Shown one piece after another: positions 19,034 to 28,628 of a stretch of 64,000 bases of DNA. The stretch's first letter is position 1. Every line of letters starts with the position of its first letter. The position numbers were made by a program, and so were the translations under genes. The notes beneath the pieces are model-generated. The model was not told the DNA's origin and made no database searches. It was given only the letters and a program-made list of their open reading frames with translations. Source of the DNA: Deltaproteobacteria bacterium GWB2_55_19 (GTDB taxonomy: Bacteria; Desulfobacterota; GWC2-55-46). The stretch lies in contig MGPQ01000005.1 of the NCBI GenBank assembly GCA_001797465.1, forward strand, positions 95,032 to 159,031, in the 5' to 3' direction.

Positions 19034-19222
19034 ACGAAACTCTCCTTTTGTTTTTTGATAGAGATGCCTATGTCGCCTCTTCCCTTACTCCGAAAAGAGG
19101 CACATACTTTTGAGCCTTCATGGCCTCCCTGTACATCTCCTCTTCCATCTCCAAACGCACATCTTCGACCTCGATCTTCCCTGTCTCCATTTACTCCGCC
19201 TCCTTTTTTGTTTTTTCCGAAA

Positions 19223-19327
19223 TAAAAAAAAGCCTTTTAAAGGGATGCCGCCAGAAAAAGGCTGTTCCCTGTAAAAAGCTTTATGTTCGTTGGCCTACTG
19301 AAAAAACTATCTACATGTATATTACTT
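19223..19327 (-). repeat. conserved intergenic element, copy 1 (degenerate hairpin + 45-nt core)
   Basis: The core GCTTTATGTTCGTTGGCCTACTGAAAAAACTATCTACATGTATATTAC is shared with 8 other copies. Confidence 0.7.
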
Positions 19328-19340
19328 TTGACAGCCTGCC

Positions 19341-19369
19341 TTGAATTTCGGATTGAAAGGTAATATCAT
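19341..19369 (+). promoter_or_regulatory. candidate sigma70 promoter (TTGAAT-17-TATCAT) for the plus-strand ORF
   Basis: The hexamers have 17-nt spacing. An AAGAGG RBS follows before the ATG at 19393. Confidence 0.3.
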
Positions 19370-19392
19370 TGCATTAAGCTTAAGAGGACCGT

Positions 19393-19653
19393 ATGGCTAC
19401 CGAATATAAGACCCCTTTCATGAGCCAGACCGAGATAGAAGGCGATAAGATGCTACGGGACATCGTATGTGCCCTCAATCTCCCGTCCGACCAGGTAAGA
19501 GTCACCAGTTATGACCACTGCAAGACCCTCGAAGAGCTTGAATTTGAAATCTATTCGAATCTTCTTAAAGACGGGACTCCAAAAGAAATCGCTAAAGAGT
19601 TAGCCATGACAAAAGCCAAAGACCTGTGGGACGATTCAGAAGCGCTGAAATAA
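19393..19653 (+). CDS. small hypothetical protein (opposite strand to the block)
   Basis: An 86-aa ORF with an RBS. It is one of only two plus-strand genes inside the 38-kb block, and it abuts intergenic element copy 1. Confidence 0.35.
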   Translation: MATEYKTPFMSQTEIEGDKMLRDIVCALNLPSDQVRVTSYDHCKTLEELEFEIYSNLLKDGTPKEIAKELAMTKAKDLWDDSEALK

Positions 19654-19655
19654 AA

Positions 19656-19690
19656 AAAGGGGATGCTAAAGCATCCCCAAAGTCCTTTTG
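19656..19690 (-). terminator. intrinsic terminator (minus strand)
   Basis: On the minus strand the hairpin GGGGATGCTTTAGCATCCCC is followed by TTTTTTTA. It overlaps the stop codon of 19666..19992. Confidence 0.5.
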
Positions 19691-19992
19691 AGATCAAAGA
19701 TCATGTCCTCAATCTCCCATGTGAACCCCATCGCCGGATCGGACACAATATATCCACCCCACACCCTTTTCTCTACGCGATAGCCGTTATTTACAATTTC
19801 AGCTATCTTGCCATCATCTAACTGACCGGATACTAAAGCTACACGACCCTTTTTTTCCACATCCATCTCTTTCTTTTCCATATCCCTTTTCTTCGTTTTT
19901 CCCACACCTGTCCTGTCAAGGGCGGGGTGTTTGTTGCCTGCTACTTTCATAACAGGCCGGTCGCTACCACACACCCCTGACAGGACGCTCAC
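19666..19992 (-). CDS. hypothetical protein
   Basis: A 108-aa ORF downstream of intergenic element copy 2. Confidence 0.35.
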   Translation of the reverse strand: MSVLSGVCGSDRPVMKVAGNKHPALDRTGVGKTKKRDMEKKEMDVEKKGRVALVSGQLDDGKIAEIVNNGYRVEKRVWGGYIVSDPAMGFTWEIEDMIFDLKRTLGML

Positions 19993-20011
19993 AGGGGACC
20001 GCTTTTTATAT

Positions 20012-20170
20012 AAAAAAGCCCTCTTAAAAGAGGGTGTTGCCTTTAAAAAAAACTCTTTACCGACCGGGCCAGCCGATCCTTTGTAAAGAGTCCTTGAAAA
20101 GACAATACCGCTCGTAAAAGAGGGCTATGTTCGTGTGCCTACTGAAAAAACTATCTACTTACATATTACC
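20012..20170 (-). repeat. conserved intergenic element, copy 2 (core at 20121-20170; leader hairpin/terminator at 20015-20035)
   Basis: The core is GGCTATGTTCGTGTGCCTACTGAAAAAACTATCTACTTACATATTACC. The hairpin CCCTC-TTAAAA-GAGGG has a U-run on the minus strand. Confidence 0.6.
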
Positions 20171-20318
20171 TCCGGAACCGGTTCTTAAAACGGCAGCTGG
20201 TCAATAACACATCTTCTTGAGACTCAGTCTTTCCTGCAGGCGCAATTAGCATGTCCGGCCATCCTTAACAGCTTCAGGTTCACTCATCTCTTCATCTCAT
20301 GCTTATGTTTATCCCGGC

Positions 20319-22529
20319 TTAGAACAGTGCAAACTGTGCCGTTTTGCCGGCCAGGGCCTTCTCAAGGTCGCCATGAGACACCTCCATAACGGACTGCTTC
20401 CTGCCTTTCCTGTCCGAGAGAAAAGTCACCTTAACGACCACGTTCTCGCTTACGCTGGTCTTTACAGCCGACCCATTCATCCCGATTATTTTGTCGCTTT
20501 TTTCGGTAAAGACCGTCTCTCCGCCGTTCATGGACAACTGAGCCTCTATCTCCTTTTTTCTGAAAGCCGCCCATGCGGCCTCAGCCCCCGAGTAGCTGCC
20601 CCCTTCCGCAAGAGCCTTGCCCATCTCTTCTACGATGGACTCCCCGGACGAGGTATACTCGGCAAGACCTTCCGGCAGGTCCCCTTCGACCATCAGGGCC
20701 GTCTCGAGCTTCTTCGCCACCAGGGTAAGCGCGGTCTCCTGCATGGTCTTCCCGTAGCAAAAGAAAAACACCCTTACCGGACGCGTCTGCCCTATCCTCC
20801 AGGACCTCCTTGCGGCCTGCCTGAGCGTAAAGACGTTATAGCCGACCTGATAAAAGACCACCGTTGGGAATTCATAAAGGTCGAGCCCCGTCTTCACAAG
20901 CTCGGGATTAACGAGAAGCATGTCGGAATCTCTTGTGTTTTTGGCTATCCACGCCTCTCTTTTCTTAGGCTCGACTGAAGCGTCAAGGCTCTTTACCCTG
21001 AATCCTGCCTCCTCTAGTATCTTTTGCAGCCTGGGCCTTATATCTCTCGTACCGGTGAAGGTTATATAGCAGAGAACTTTCCTGCTTTCCGACTTCTCCC
21101 TTCTGACGAGATTAACAAGCTCGATTTCTTTAGGCAACAATTCTACTGGAGCAAGAGCCAGTCTCGGGGCGGTAAGCGTGTCGGCTACCAGGCCGGTCTT
21201 ATCCTTTATTTCGATGCACTCAGGGTAAAGAGCGCAAGAATCGGGATACGAAAGAAGCGCCTGAAGCATAGCCGAGAGGGACCTCGTGCCGTATGCTTTG
21301 ATGGCTCCTTTTAAACTATTTTCCAGTTTTTTGTAATGAGTTCCCTGCTCACCTTCATGAAGAGGAACAGTCACCACGTTTTCCTCGTACGGAGGCAGGC
21401 CCTCTATCACGTCGGAAAGCCTTACGAAACAGGACTTGTCGAGAAGATACTCTCCTATCACGACAGGAGAAACGCCCGGCCTTTTCCTCGTCATCTGGCT
21501 CTTCCTGCGTCCACGGCCGTAATAGTTGTCTTCATCGTCGAGTTTTACGACCCTCTCCAGCGTCCCGTAGGTCTCAAGCCACTTCGTTACCTCGTTGTGG
21601 CTGAACCCTGCCCTCTTTACCTCTTCAGGCTCAAGCCGGAAAAGCAGATGAAACAGATCGTCAGCGTACCCTCCGTTCAGGGTCCCGGTAAGGCAAAGAG
21701 ACTTCCTCGCCGCGGAGAGCAAGGCGCCCATGGCCAGACCCTGCAAGGAACTTCCGGCCTTGTAATCGTGGACCTCATCCAAAATTACAAGATCGAAGAA
21801 CCCTTTAAGGTATCTCTTGATGAACTCGGCCGGTGCGAACCTTTTGAGTTTGTTGTCAGCCTGCCATAGAGGACTCTTGCAAACTGAACACTTATATTTT
21901 TTCTTTTCAAGCTGGTCCACGGTCAGGTAGTAATCCTCATTCATGGCCCTGGTCCCGCACACTGAACAGTACGGATCCCCTCTTTTAAGCATGACGGCCG
22001 CCCTCCAACCGTAACCGAGCTTTGCCCGTTCCCTGGAGATCACATATATCTCGTGAACCGATGGACGGCCTTTTGTCCTTCTGAACATCTCAAGAACGCT
22101 GATGGCGTTTTTTACGGCCAAATCACAGACCTGAACGCCGGGGATGACCAGTTTTGTCTCCCTTATCCACTTTTCCACCAGGTGAGTCGGGCATACGACC
22201 AGCGTCCTTAAAGGTTTCGCAGAGACCGCAGCGGCAGAGAGGGCTATCATGGTCTTGCCCGTCCCCATCTCCCCGCAGACGAAAAGCCTCTCCCGGCCCT
22301 TCATGTAAAGACCTACGGCTATTCCCTTGATTATCTCTTCCTGGACCGGAAAGGGCCGTCTTAAAAGGCCCTTTATCCTGCCGCCGTACTCCTCTGCCAT
22401 GGCTGTTGAAGCGGCCGACAGCGGGTCGTAAACGACGGATAGATGATTCGTCGTCTTTTCGCTTAACCGTGAGCCGAATTTCATCAGAAACTCCTTAAGC
22501 TCCATTCCTTTTTCATTATCTGTCTGCAT
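20319..22529 (-). CDS. SNF2-family DEAD/DEAH-box helicase with inserted zinc finger
   Basis: It carries the Walker A GEMGTGKT and a DExH box LVILDEVHDY. The helicase-C region has RRSWRIGQTRPV (the SNF2 motif). A CxxC...CxxC insertion is present. Confidence 0.8.
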   Translation of the reverse strand: MQTDNEKGMELKEFLMKFGSRLSEKTTNHLSVVYDPLSAASTAMAEEYGGRIKGLLRRPFPVQEEIIKGIAVGLYMKGRERLFVCGEMGTGKTMIALSAAAVSAKPLRTLVVCPTHLVEKWIRETKLVIPGVQVCDLAVKNAISVLEMFRRTKGRPSVHEIYVISRERAKLGYGWRAAVMLKRGDPYCSVCGTRAMNEDYYLTVDQLEKKKYKCSVCKSPLWQADNKLKRFAPAEFIKRYLKGFFDLVILDEVHDYKAGSSLQGLAMGALLSAARKSLCLTGTLNGGYADDLFHLLFRLEPEEVKRAGFSHNEVTKWLETYGTLERVVKLDDEDNYYGRGRRKSQMTRKRPGVSPVVIGEYLLDKSCFVRLSDVIEGLPPYEENVVTVPLHEGEQGTHYKKLENSLKGAIKAYGTRSLSAMLQALLSYPDSCALYPECIEIKDKTGLVADTLTAPRLALAPVELLPKEIELVNLVRREKSESRKVLCYITFTGTRDIRPRLQKILEEAGFRVKSLDASVEPKKREAWIAKNTRDSDMLLVNPELVKTGLDLYEFPTVVFYQVGYNVFTLRQAARRSWRIGQTRPVRVFFFCYGKTMQETALTLVAKKLETALMVEGDLPEGLAEYTSSGESIVEEMGKALAEGGSYSGAEAAWAAFRKKEIEAQLSMNGGETVFTEKSDKIIGMNGSAVKTSVSENVVVKVTFLSDRKGRKQSVMEVSHGDLEKALAGKTAQFALF

Positions 22530-22587
22530 TTCCTCCTCCTTTCATAGGGCTTGTAAACCTGAATTTCATAATCTCCTCTCCTTTTCT

Positions 22588-22671
22588 GAAATAAAAAAAG
22601 CCACAGGAAAAGATTCCCGTGGCTTTATGTTCGTGAGACCTACTGAAATAACTACATGTCTGTATATTACC
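22588..22671 (-). repeat. conserved intergenic element, copy 3
   Basis: It has the hairpin GCCACAGGAAAAGATTCCCGTGGC plus the core. A partial second hairpin copy (22686-22707) lies just upstream on the minus strand. Confidence 0.75.
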
Positions 22672-22725
22672 TCTGAAATAAAAAAGGCCACAGGAACCAC
22701 CATGGCCTCGATGTTTTTAAAACTC

Positions 22726-23007
22726 CTACTCAGGATGCTTAAGCGTCCCCATGGGATACCAGCGTGAATCACCATAATCCACCAAAGATCTGATAGGCAC
22801 CCCGTTTACGCTCACGTCATCCATGTAGGAAGAGGCGAAGCTTCTCCATACATTCTTCATACGGCCCTTGCGACCGTTACCGTTGAAGACTATGACCATT
22901 TCTACGAAAGGATTAAAGGACACCAGTATGCCCTTTCCGTATTTCTTATGTTGTACCGTAATGCCTTTTTTCATGTTCTCCTCTCCTAAAACCCGTCCCC
23001 CCAGCAC
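22726..23007 (-). CDS. hypothetical protein
   Basis: A 93-aa ORF whose start is uncertain. Confidence 0.3.
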   Translation of the reverse strand: MLGGRVLGEENMKKGITVQHKKYGKGILVSFNPFVEMVIVFNGNGRKGRMKNVWRSFASSYMDDVSVNGVPIRSLVDYGDSRWYPMGTLKHPE

Positions 23008-23587
23008 CCCTTTTACCTCCTTTCATAATATTATCTTCTCCGGCTTTCTCTCCGCCGGAGATCTTCAGCATGAGATCGCATAGGCGGTCATCCTCAACTG
23101 ATACTTCATATCCGCGGATGCCTCCCCAGCTCCCGAAGACAATGGCATCCTCGTCCTTGATAAGCCTTTCCCTCAACATCGGAAGATACTCCCTTTCATA
23201 AGGCACCTTCTTTTTCTCCAGCCATCTTACGAAGGCTGCCTCTTCCGCCGCGCCAAATGGTCCGAAACCAACCTGTTTCTCCTCCGTTTTTTCGCCAAAC
23301 CAGACGACCCCGTTGTCAAGGTCTTCATCGGACCATATCAGCATATGTTGTCTGCCCCTCCCTATGGATCTGCCTCTACCGCGTAAAGCCGATGGTCTGT
23401 CAAGTTCATACGCATCAGGCAGCACTTTAACCGGCTTATTCTCAGCCAGAGACGAAAAAACCGCTTTCGTCTGTTGTGGAGACCCGTAGATGGAGATCAA
23501 TATCAAGGATTTATTCCCTCCGGAATCCCGGTAAAGACCGAAATCAGACCTAACCGTGACACCATCGACCTTGAGTGTTTTTATCAT
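22946..23587 (-). CDS. hypothetical protein
   Basis: A 213-aa ORF. Confidence 0.35.
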   Translation of the reverse strand: MIKTLKVDGVTVRSDFGLYRDSGGNKSLILISIYGSPQQTKAVFSSLAENKPVKVLPDAYELDRPSALRGRGRSIGRGRQHMLIWSDEDLDNGVVWFGEKTEEKQVGFGPFGAAEEAAFVRWLEKKKVPYEREYLPMLRERLIKDEDAIVFGSWGGIRGYEVSVEDDRLCDLMLKISGGEKAGEDNIMKGGKRGAGGTGFRRGEHEKRHYGTT

Positions 23588-23596
23588 GGCGCCTCC

Positions 23597-24601
23597 TCAG
23601 TTAATGTCGTACCAGCGCCCGGCGTCAGGATCTATCACCCTTATGCCGACACGGTATGTACTGGTCGTGATCTCCCTGTCATCCTCAACCCGTATGCTTT
23701 CCTGCCTTTCGGAATAGCCCTTCATGAGGATAAACCCTCCGTCGGGCTTGAGAACCCTGCCGTTCAAGAACCCTGCTGTTATGAGGGAGACCAGATGCCC
23801 TTTCCTTAAAGGAAACATGGGACTCAGAGTCTTTGAAACCCGCCTATCCTTGAAAAAGGCCTTGATCCTGCCCTTTACCTCTTCGCGCAGGCCTTTTATC
23901 TCTTCATCTGTGATAATGACATCCCCTTCAAAGAGCGAAGGACCGTCAGTTACCGGCACACGATAGCAAGGCATTTCTTGAACCTCGTCCATATAAGGAT
24001 ACGGAGGCGCCGGAATAGGGTCGCCGGAGTCGGAACGAGTGGCCTTCTTACTACCGAAAAGAACCACCTGCTTGAATACAGAAAATTCGTCCTGGACTAT
24101 CCTGAAAACGGTACAGTCCTTGAAATAGGACGCGATCCAGATTCGGTGCTTCTCGTTCTCCAGGATGTGTTCCGGCACTATAAAGACGAGAATCCCGTCC
24201 CGGCAGAGCCACTTTACGCTGTGCTTGAGAAATAGCATCTCTTCCCTTTCGCCGTTACCTGCCGAGTCATAGGGCGGATTCAGCCACAAAAGGCCGAAGG
24301 CCCCCTCAGGCTCTATCTTCACGTTGAAAATGGAGCCTTGGACAGTCTCGCTTAAATCCTGGGAAGCCTGGGCCGCTCTTTCAACGTCCAGTTCCACACC
24401 CCATGACTTATTTCCTCTTCCCATATGAAGGAAAACCTCTAAAAGCGCCCTCCCTTCTCCGCAACACGGATCCAGCAGATGTATGCGCTTTTTACCGTAG
24501 TTATCCTTCCCATAAAGACATCCCTTGATCGCCTCAAGCGTCTTCTCAGGGGTAGGATAAAACCCCATTTTCTGCTGCGACGCCAACCTCGCCATGTTCA
24601 C
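23597..24601 (-). CDS. N6-adenine DNA methyltransferase (NPPY motif)
   Basis: The catalytic motif WLNPPYDSAGNG and the SAM-binding region LDPCCGEGRAL are present. Confidence 0.7.
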   Translation of the reverse strand: MNMARLASQQKMGFYPTPEKTLEAIKGCLYGKDNYGKKRIHLLDPCCGEGRALLEVFLHMGRGNKSWGVELDVERAAQASQDLSETVQGSIFNVKIEPEGAFGLLWLNPPYDSAGNGEREEMLFLKHSVKWLCRDGILVFIVPEHILENEKHRIWIASYFKDCTVFRIVQDEFSVFKQVVLFGSKKATRSDSGDPIPAPPYPYMDEVQEMPCYRVPVTDGPSLFEGDVIITDEEIKGLREEVKGRIKAFFKDRRVSKTLSPMFPLRKGHLVSLITAGFLNGRVLKPDGGFILMKGYSERQESIRVEDDREITTSTYRVGIRVIDPDAGRWYDIN

Positions 24602-24681
24602 CTCCTTCTTTGAAAAAAAAGAGGGGATAAATATTTATCCCCTCAGCTCTTTACCTTGCCGATCGTTTACCGGTCCGGCAG

Positions 24682-25779
24682 TCAGTTTTTATATTGCTCG
24701 TTCAATGCCGGCTGGGTCATTCGTGAAAGATATGTCTTTAAAGGGTCTTTTCCGTTAAATTCCGGAAAAATGCCCCTGACACGATTCCTCTCAAGAATCC
24801 CCTTGATTATCCTTCCTGCCTCTCTCCCGGGTCCGTCATTGTCCACAGCGACGAACGCCTCTTCAGGCTTCATGCATTTCAAAAGCCTTTCGATTTCAGC
24901 CGCCTGCCCGACACCATTTAAGGCCACCAGTGTAGCATCCTGCAGATCGAACAGATTCTCGCCTGCAAGGGCGTCAAGCACCGATTCCGTAATCAGTAGC
25001 CGTTTTGGGTTTCTCTTGAAGACCCAAAGGGACTTTATCCCGTAACACTTCCTTTTCTTCCTGAAATCGGCTGACATCTCCATGGAAGCCGGGAAATATT
25101 CGCGAAGCTCAAGTCCCCTCAGGTCCGAAGGATACGGCACCGGAATCGTTATATACTTCGTGGAATGCTTGAAATCCACAAAGAGTCTGGCTTCGATCTC
25201 CGGATAATAAGCCAGGCCGCGGTCCGTAAAGTAACTTTTGACCGTGGACCCGGAATCCGGCAGCCTCGCGTGCACCTCGCGCGCATAAAGCGCCTTCTCA
25301 AGCTTTCCGGCAGAAGATTCCTCCTTCCTGTTGTTAGATGGCTCCATGCGTTTTTTCTGCGTTATGCCTCCCCTGTCGTACCAGCCATTAAAACGGGAAA
25401 GTCTGGCAACGGAATCGCTGAACGAATATCCTAGCCTGCGGAGAAGCGCAATGGCATCCCCTCCCGTCCTCAATGCCGACCTGTGATCGAACCAAAGCCA
25501 TACGCCATCCCGGTATGAAACATGGAGCGATGGCGTTTTTTCCTCGCCAAAAGGGCTCAGATAAAACCTGCCGTTTCCGTCAAACGTAACAGGCGTCAGC
25601 CCTAATTCCATCTCAAGAAATGACGGAAGGTCAACGGTCCTGGCAAGATCCAAAGCATTCTCATCTATCATCAAACACCTCCCTTCCGCTTTGCCATGAT
25701 GTCCTCGAATGAAATCGCAGAGGCTCATCAGGCCACTCCTTCTTACAAAAGAAGAAAACCCTAAGTCCTCCACTGTCAA
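24682..25779 (-). CDS. Toprim-domain primase-like protein (DUF3991/TraC-like)
   Basis: The C-terminal Toprim motifs ITESVLDAL and VAVDNDGPGREAG (DxD) are present. Confidence 0.5.
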   Translation of the reverse strand: MTVEDLGFSSFVRRSGLMSLCDFIRGHHGKAEGRCLMIDENALDLARTVDLPSFLEMELGLTPVTFDGNGRFYLSPFGEEKTPSLHVSYRDGVWLWFDHRSALRTGGDAIALLRRLGYSFSDSVARLSRFNGWYDRGGITQKKRMEPSNNRKEESSAGKLEKALYAREVHARLPDSGSTVKSYFTDRGLAYYPEIEARLFVDFKHSTKYITIPVPYPSDLRGLELREYFPASMEMSADFRKKRKCYGIKSLWVFKRNPKRLLITESVLDALAGENLFDLQDATLVALNGVGQAAEIERLLKCMKPEEAFVAVDNDGPGREAGRIIKGILERNRVRGIFPEFNGKDPLKTYLSRMTQPALNEQYKN

Positions 25780-25798
25780 AGGTGTAAAAAGTTCATTT

Positions 25799-27139
25799 TT
25801 AATACCTGTTTAGCATCTGCTCGGTCAGCTTATTGAGAGCCTGCCTGGCCTGTTCATTCGTAAGGGCGTAGAACGAATCCGCGCCGCAAAGTTTGTGGAG
25901 CCTTTCTTTTATCTCAGTTTTTGACTTGCAAACCCCGGCAAGCGACTTCCACAGAAGCTCGGCCGTGGAGGACAGCTTTTTCTCCACATCCTTCTCTTCC
26001 GGAACCGTATCGGGTACCGAAGCAGTCCCAAAAGTCTCGGTTGGCTCGACCTTCCCGGTTCCATTGCCGTTCAAATCGGCATTATTCTTTTCGTGATTTG
26101 CCGGCTTTTCCCTCTCAAAGTTTGGCACCTCTTCGACCGGTTCCCTTTTTTCAGAGACAAATGATGCATTGGACGGGGCCAGCATATTAGCGGCGGCAAA
26201 CCCGGCTGATAAGAGATTGCCGGATTCATACCTTGCAGCAAGCGCCGTCATGTCCACGTCGGCCTCCAGCTTTATAAGCCACTGAGAGGTCTTTACAGAC
26301 TTGCCGGTTTTAGGATCTATCCTCGAAACCTCCTCATTCACCTTTCGGATGCGAAAGATCGACTTGCCTCCGAACGTGCCTGAAAGCCTGCCTCCTGTTA
26401 TCCTGGATACCAATTCAAGCGAGCTCTTTATGTCCACAAGGGAGTACCAGGATGATGTCGGTAACATCCACAGTCCCGCACCGGAAATACCCGGTATGTA
26501 GAACTGTACGGCGCCCCTGAACGCGCATTCGCCTGATTGGTACTCGACACAGGTCGCTGGGTCACACGGTCTTTCATCCCATGCCCTGCCGCCGAATACC
26601 TTTATGCCAGGCTTGAGGTCGAGTGGATAAGTACAGATACTTTCGGCATCCAGTCCATCTCCGTTTTTCTCCTTCACAAGCTTGAAGTCGCTTTTGTATT
26701 TAAGCCCTGCGGAGCCGTAGCATATTAATGAATGAGGGACGATGTTCCACCACTCGTTCATAGGAAACACGACTGGAAAGGACCTGAGTTTTCCGTCCCC
26801 GTCCGCATAGAGCTGCGTCAGCTTATGCGCATTTTCCGGGTTTACGCAATCACCGGGGAATACCGAAAAATAATCAACATTTTTAGGTATAAGTTTCGCC
26901 CTACCACCTCCATCCGTGCCTAACTTGGCTTCTATCTCATCCCATGTCTTTCCTTGAGCCGCCAACGTTTTATAAAGCTCGACGTCGGAAGCCGAACAGC
27001 TGCTCTTGGGAACCATGATCCCGGGCCGGATTACGCCGGATTTAGGGAACTTGAACTTGGGTCCCAAAAGCGTCATTATCTCGGTAATTGTAGCCGGATC
27101 GTCTCGCTCGACTTTACTTGATGCGGAATCAGTATCCAT
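25799..27139 (-). CDS. hypothetical protein (446 aa)
   Basis: A large ORF directly after intergenic element copy 4 with no confident motif. Confidence 0.4.
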   Translation of the reverse strand: MDTDSASSKVERDDPATITEIMTLLGPKFKFPKSGVIRPGIMVPKSSCSASDVELYKTLAAQGKTWDEIEAKLGTDGGGRAKLIPKNVDYFSVFPGDCVNPENAHKLTQLYADGDGKLRSFPVVFPMNEWWNIVPHSLICYGSAGLKYKSDFKLVKEKNGDGLDAESICTYPLDLKPGIKVFGGRAWDERPCDPATCVEYQSGECAFRGAVQFYIPGISGAGLWMLPTSSWYSLVDIKSSLELVSRITGGRLSGTFGGKSIFRIRKVNEEVSRIDPKTGKSVKTSQWLIKLEADVDMTALAARYESGNLLSAGFAAANMLAPSNASFVSEKREPVEEVPNFEREKPANHEKNNADLNGNGTGKVEPTETFGTASVPDTVPEEKDVEKKLSSTAELLWKSLAGVCKSKTEIKERLHKLCGADSFYALTNEQARQALNKLTEQMLNRY

Positions 27140-27202
27140 TTTCTACCTCCTTTTTTTATGCGTCCGACTTTTGACATATAGTCCTTTACCATCCTTTTTT
27201 TT

Positions 27203-27285
27203 GAATAAAAAAAAGCCACAGGAAAAGCATTCCTATGGCTTTTGTTCGTTGATCTACTGAAAAAACTACATGTCTATATATTACC
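27203..27285 (-). repeat. conserved intergenic element, copy 4
   Basis: It has the hairpin AGCCACAGGAAAAGCATTCCTATGGCT plus the core TTTGTTCGTTGATCTACTGAAAAAACTACATGTCTATATATTACC. Confidence 0.75.
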
Positions 27286-27624
27286 GTGGTTTCGCCAAAT
27301 GGCAAAAGGACATGGAAGGAGCACGGAGCTAACCATTACCTCGACTGCGAGATGCTGAACGCCGGAGCCGCCTATATGCTACAGGTTCACAGGCTGAGGC
27401 CCAAGGGAGTCCCCCGACCAAGCGGCTATCGGACGGAGGGTTATAAACAAGGGGACAGAAATTTAGGGAGGAGGTTTGCCTTGGGAAAACTACTCTATCG
27501 CGTTGACGAGGTTGCGAAAATAATCGCCAGCAGCAGAAGCGGAATCTACGAACTTCTTAAGCGGGGCGAGCTTATCGCCCATAATCCCAGGCTCGGACGC
27601 AAGGGAATTAAGGATAACCGCTGA
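27286..27624 (+). CDS. excisionase/AlpA/MerR-type helix-turn-helix DNA-binding protein (start uncertain, possibly TTG near 27479 after GGGAGGAGG)
   Basis: The C-terminal LYRVDEVAKIIASSRSGIYELLKRGELIAHNPRLGRKGI matches the HTH_17/excisionase family. It lies on the opposite strand from the block and abuts intergenic element copy 4. Confidence 0.45.
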   Translation: MVSPNGKRTWKEHGANHYLDCEMLNAGAAYMLQVHRLRPKGVPRPSGYRTEGYKQGDRNLGRRFALGKLLYRVDEVAKIIASSRSGIYELLKRGELIAHNPRLGRKGIKDNR

Positions 27625-27698
27625 ATCAATCAACGCTTTTTTGGCGAAACACTTGATACCGACTACTGATGAGTTCAAGACCTGATAATAACGCAAAG

Positions 27699-28058
27699 CT
27701 ACCCAACAATGGGTGCTCTGATCAACGGTTCTAATATCACACTGTTTCCAATAACAATTATTTGAGTCTTGAAGATAAGAATACCTTTACTCACTCTCCC
27801 CTTATGTACAAAAGAATCGGTTCTGTATTCTATAAAATGGTCGAGCCCTGTATTTTTACTGTGACCTGTCGAGGGATAGGAGAGTCTGATATGGTTGTCT
27901 GTAACATCTTCAACGAACCAAAGCTCGGGCAAATCGACATTAGCAGGAATTTCTATTCTAGGTGCTGGGTGAATTCTTACCCAACCCCTTAATGTTTTAA
28001 GTTTCTTTTTGTTCATATGTCTTCCAGATAACGCCTCGCGTGAGCTAATTAGGGGCAC
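27699..28058 (-). CDS. hypothetical protein (start probably the ATG at 28016)
   Basis: An ORF in an AT-richer segment. Coding status is uncertain. Confidence 0.25.
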   Translation of the reverse strand: MPLISSREALSGRHMNKKKLKTLRGWVRIHPAPRIEIPANVDLPELWFVEDVTDNHIRLSYPSTGHSKNTGLDHFIEYRTDSFVHKGRVSKGILIFKTQIIVIGNSVILEPLIRAPIVG

Positions 28059-28102
28059 CCCAGCGTCCCCCGAGGCCAGTTCGACGCGGATGTTAGGCTA
28101 AT

Positions 28103-28591
28103 TTATGTTAGTGTCTGGCACAAAACGTTAAAAGCGTTCTTGAAGTCCTGAAAATAGGGTTCAATGACGAAAAAGTATTGTTTGCCATCAAATCCAATTC
28201 CAGTTGCCGCCTGCGAATGTGACCGCACCGCGATAATACAGTCCTGTTTCACATAGTACTCATGTGCCAAACCGCAACGGAAGATCTTGTAGGCGTTATG
28301 CTGGGACAGGAACTGTTGGTATGACGGCCCGAGATCTTTAAAGAAATCGTCGAAGTTTTTTTTCGAATTCTGATCGGAAAAGTCATTGTTCTTCAGTCTG
28401 CCAGCAAATTCGGTATACGAAAGTAGCGCCAAGGCAGCCATAAAGTTTGCTCCACCCGGATGAACCTTGGCTCGGCGCAGACAGAACCGTCCGAGAAAAT
28501 GCTCAGAAGCGTCTGCAAGCGCTATTTCGCGTTCTATATCGGCAAAGATGAAATTTTTGGCCTGAAAAAGTTTCTGCTTGTCCATTCCCAT
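28103..28591 (-). CDS. HEPN-like domain protein (abortive-infection-type candidate)
   Basis: R-x4-H motif (RCGLAHE) in a helical 162-aa protein. Confidence 0.35.
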   Translation of the reverse strand: MGMDKQKLFQAKNFIFADIEREIALADASEHFLGRFCLRRAKVHPGGANFMAALALLSYTEFAGRLKNNDFSDQNSKKNFDDFFKDLGPSYQQFLSQHNAYKIFRCGLAHEYYVKQDCIIAVRSHSQAATGIGFDGKQYFFVIEPYFQDFKNAFNVLCQTLT

Positions 28592-28628
28592 ATCAACGTT
28601 ATACTTTAGCCAGGACTCCTCAAGAAAC

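Noticed and set aside
19278-19327. The conserved 45-nt core as a sigma70 promoter
   Set aside because: No TTGACA-like hexamer at 16-18 nt from any TATAAT-like hexamer on the minus strand. The AT-rich TAATATATA at the 5-prime end has its would-be -35 in non-conserved coding sequence of the upstream gene.
20373-21869. Plus-strand ORFs (201, 96, 177 aa) inside the SNF2 helicase gene, and similar antisense ORFs inside nrdJ, sbcC, cusA, the ATPase and others
   Set aside because: They are antisense to long motif-bearing genes, lack RBSs and have biased low-complexity translations (Arg/Pro/Leu-rich), typical of shadow ORFs.
22566-22775. 69-aa minus ORF spanning intergenic-element copy 3
   Set aside because: It runs through the conserved hairpin and core, and its translation mirrors the repeat sequence.
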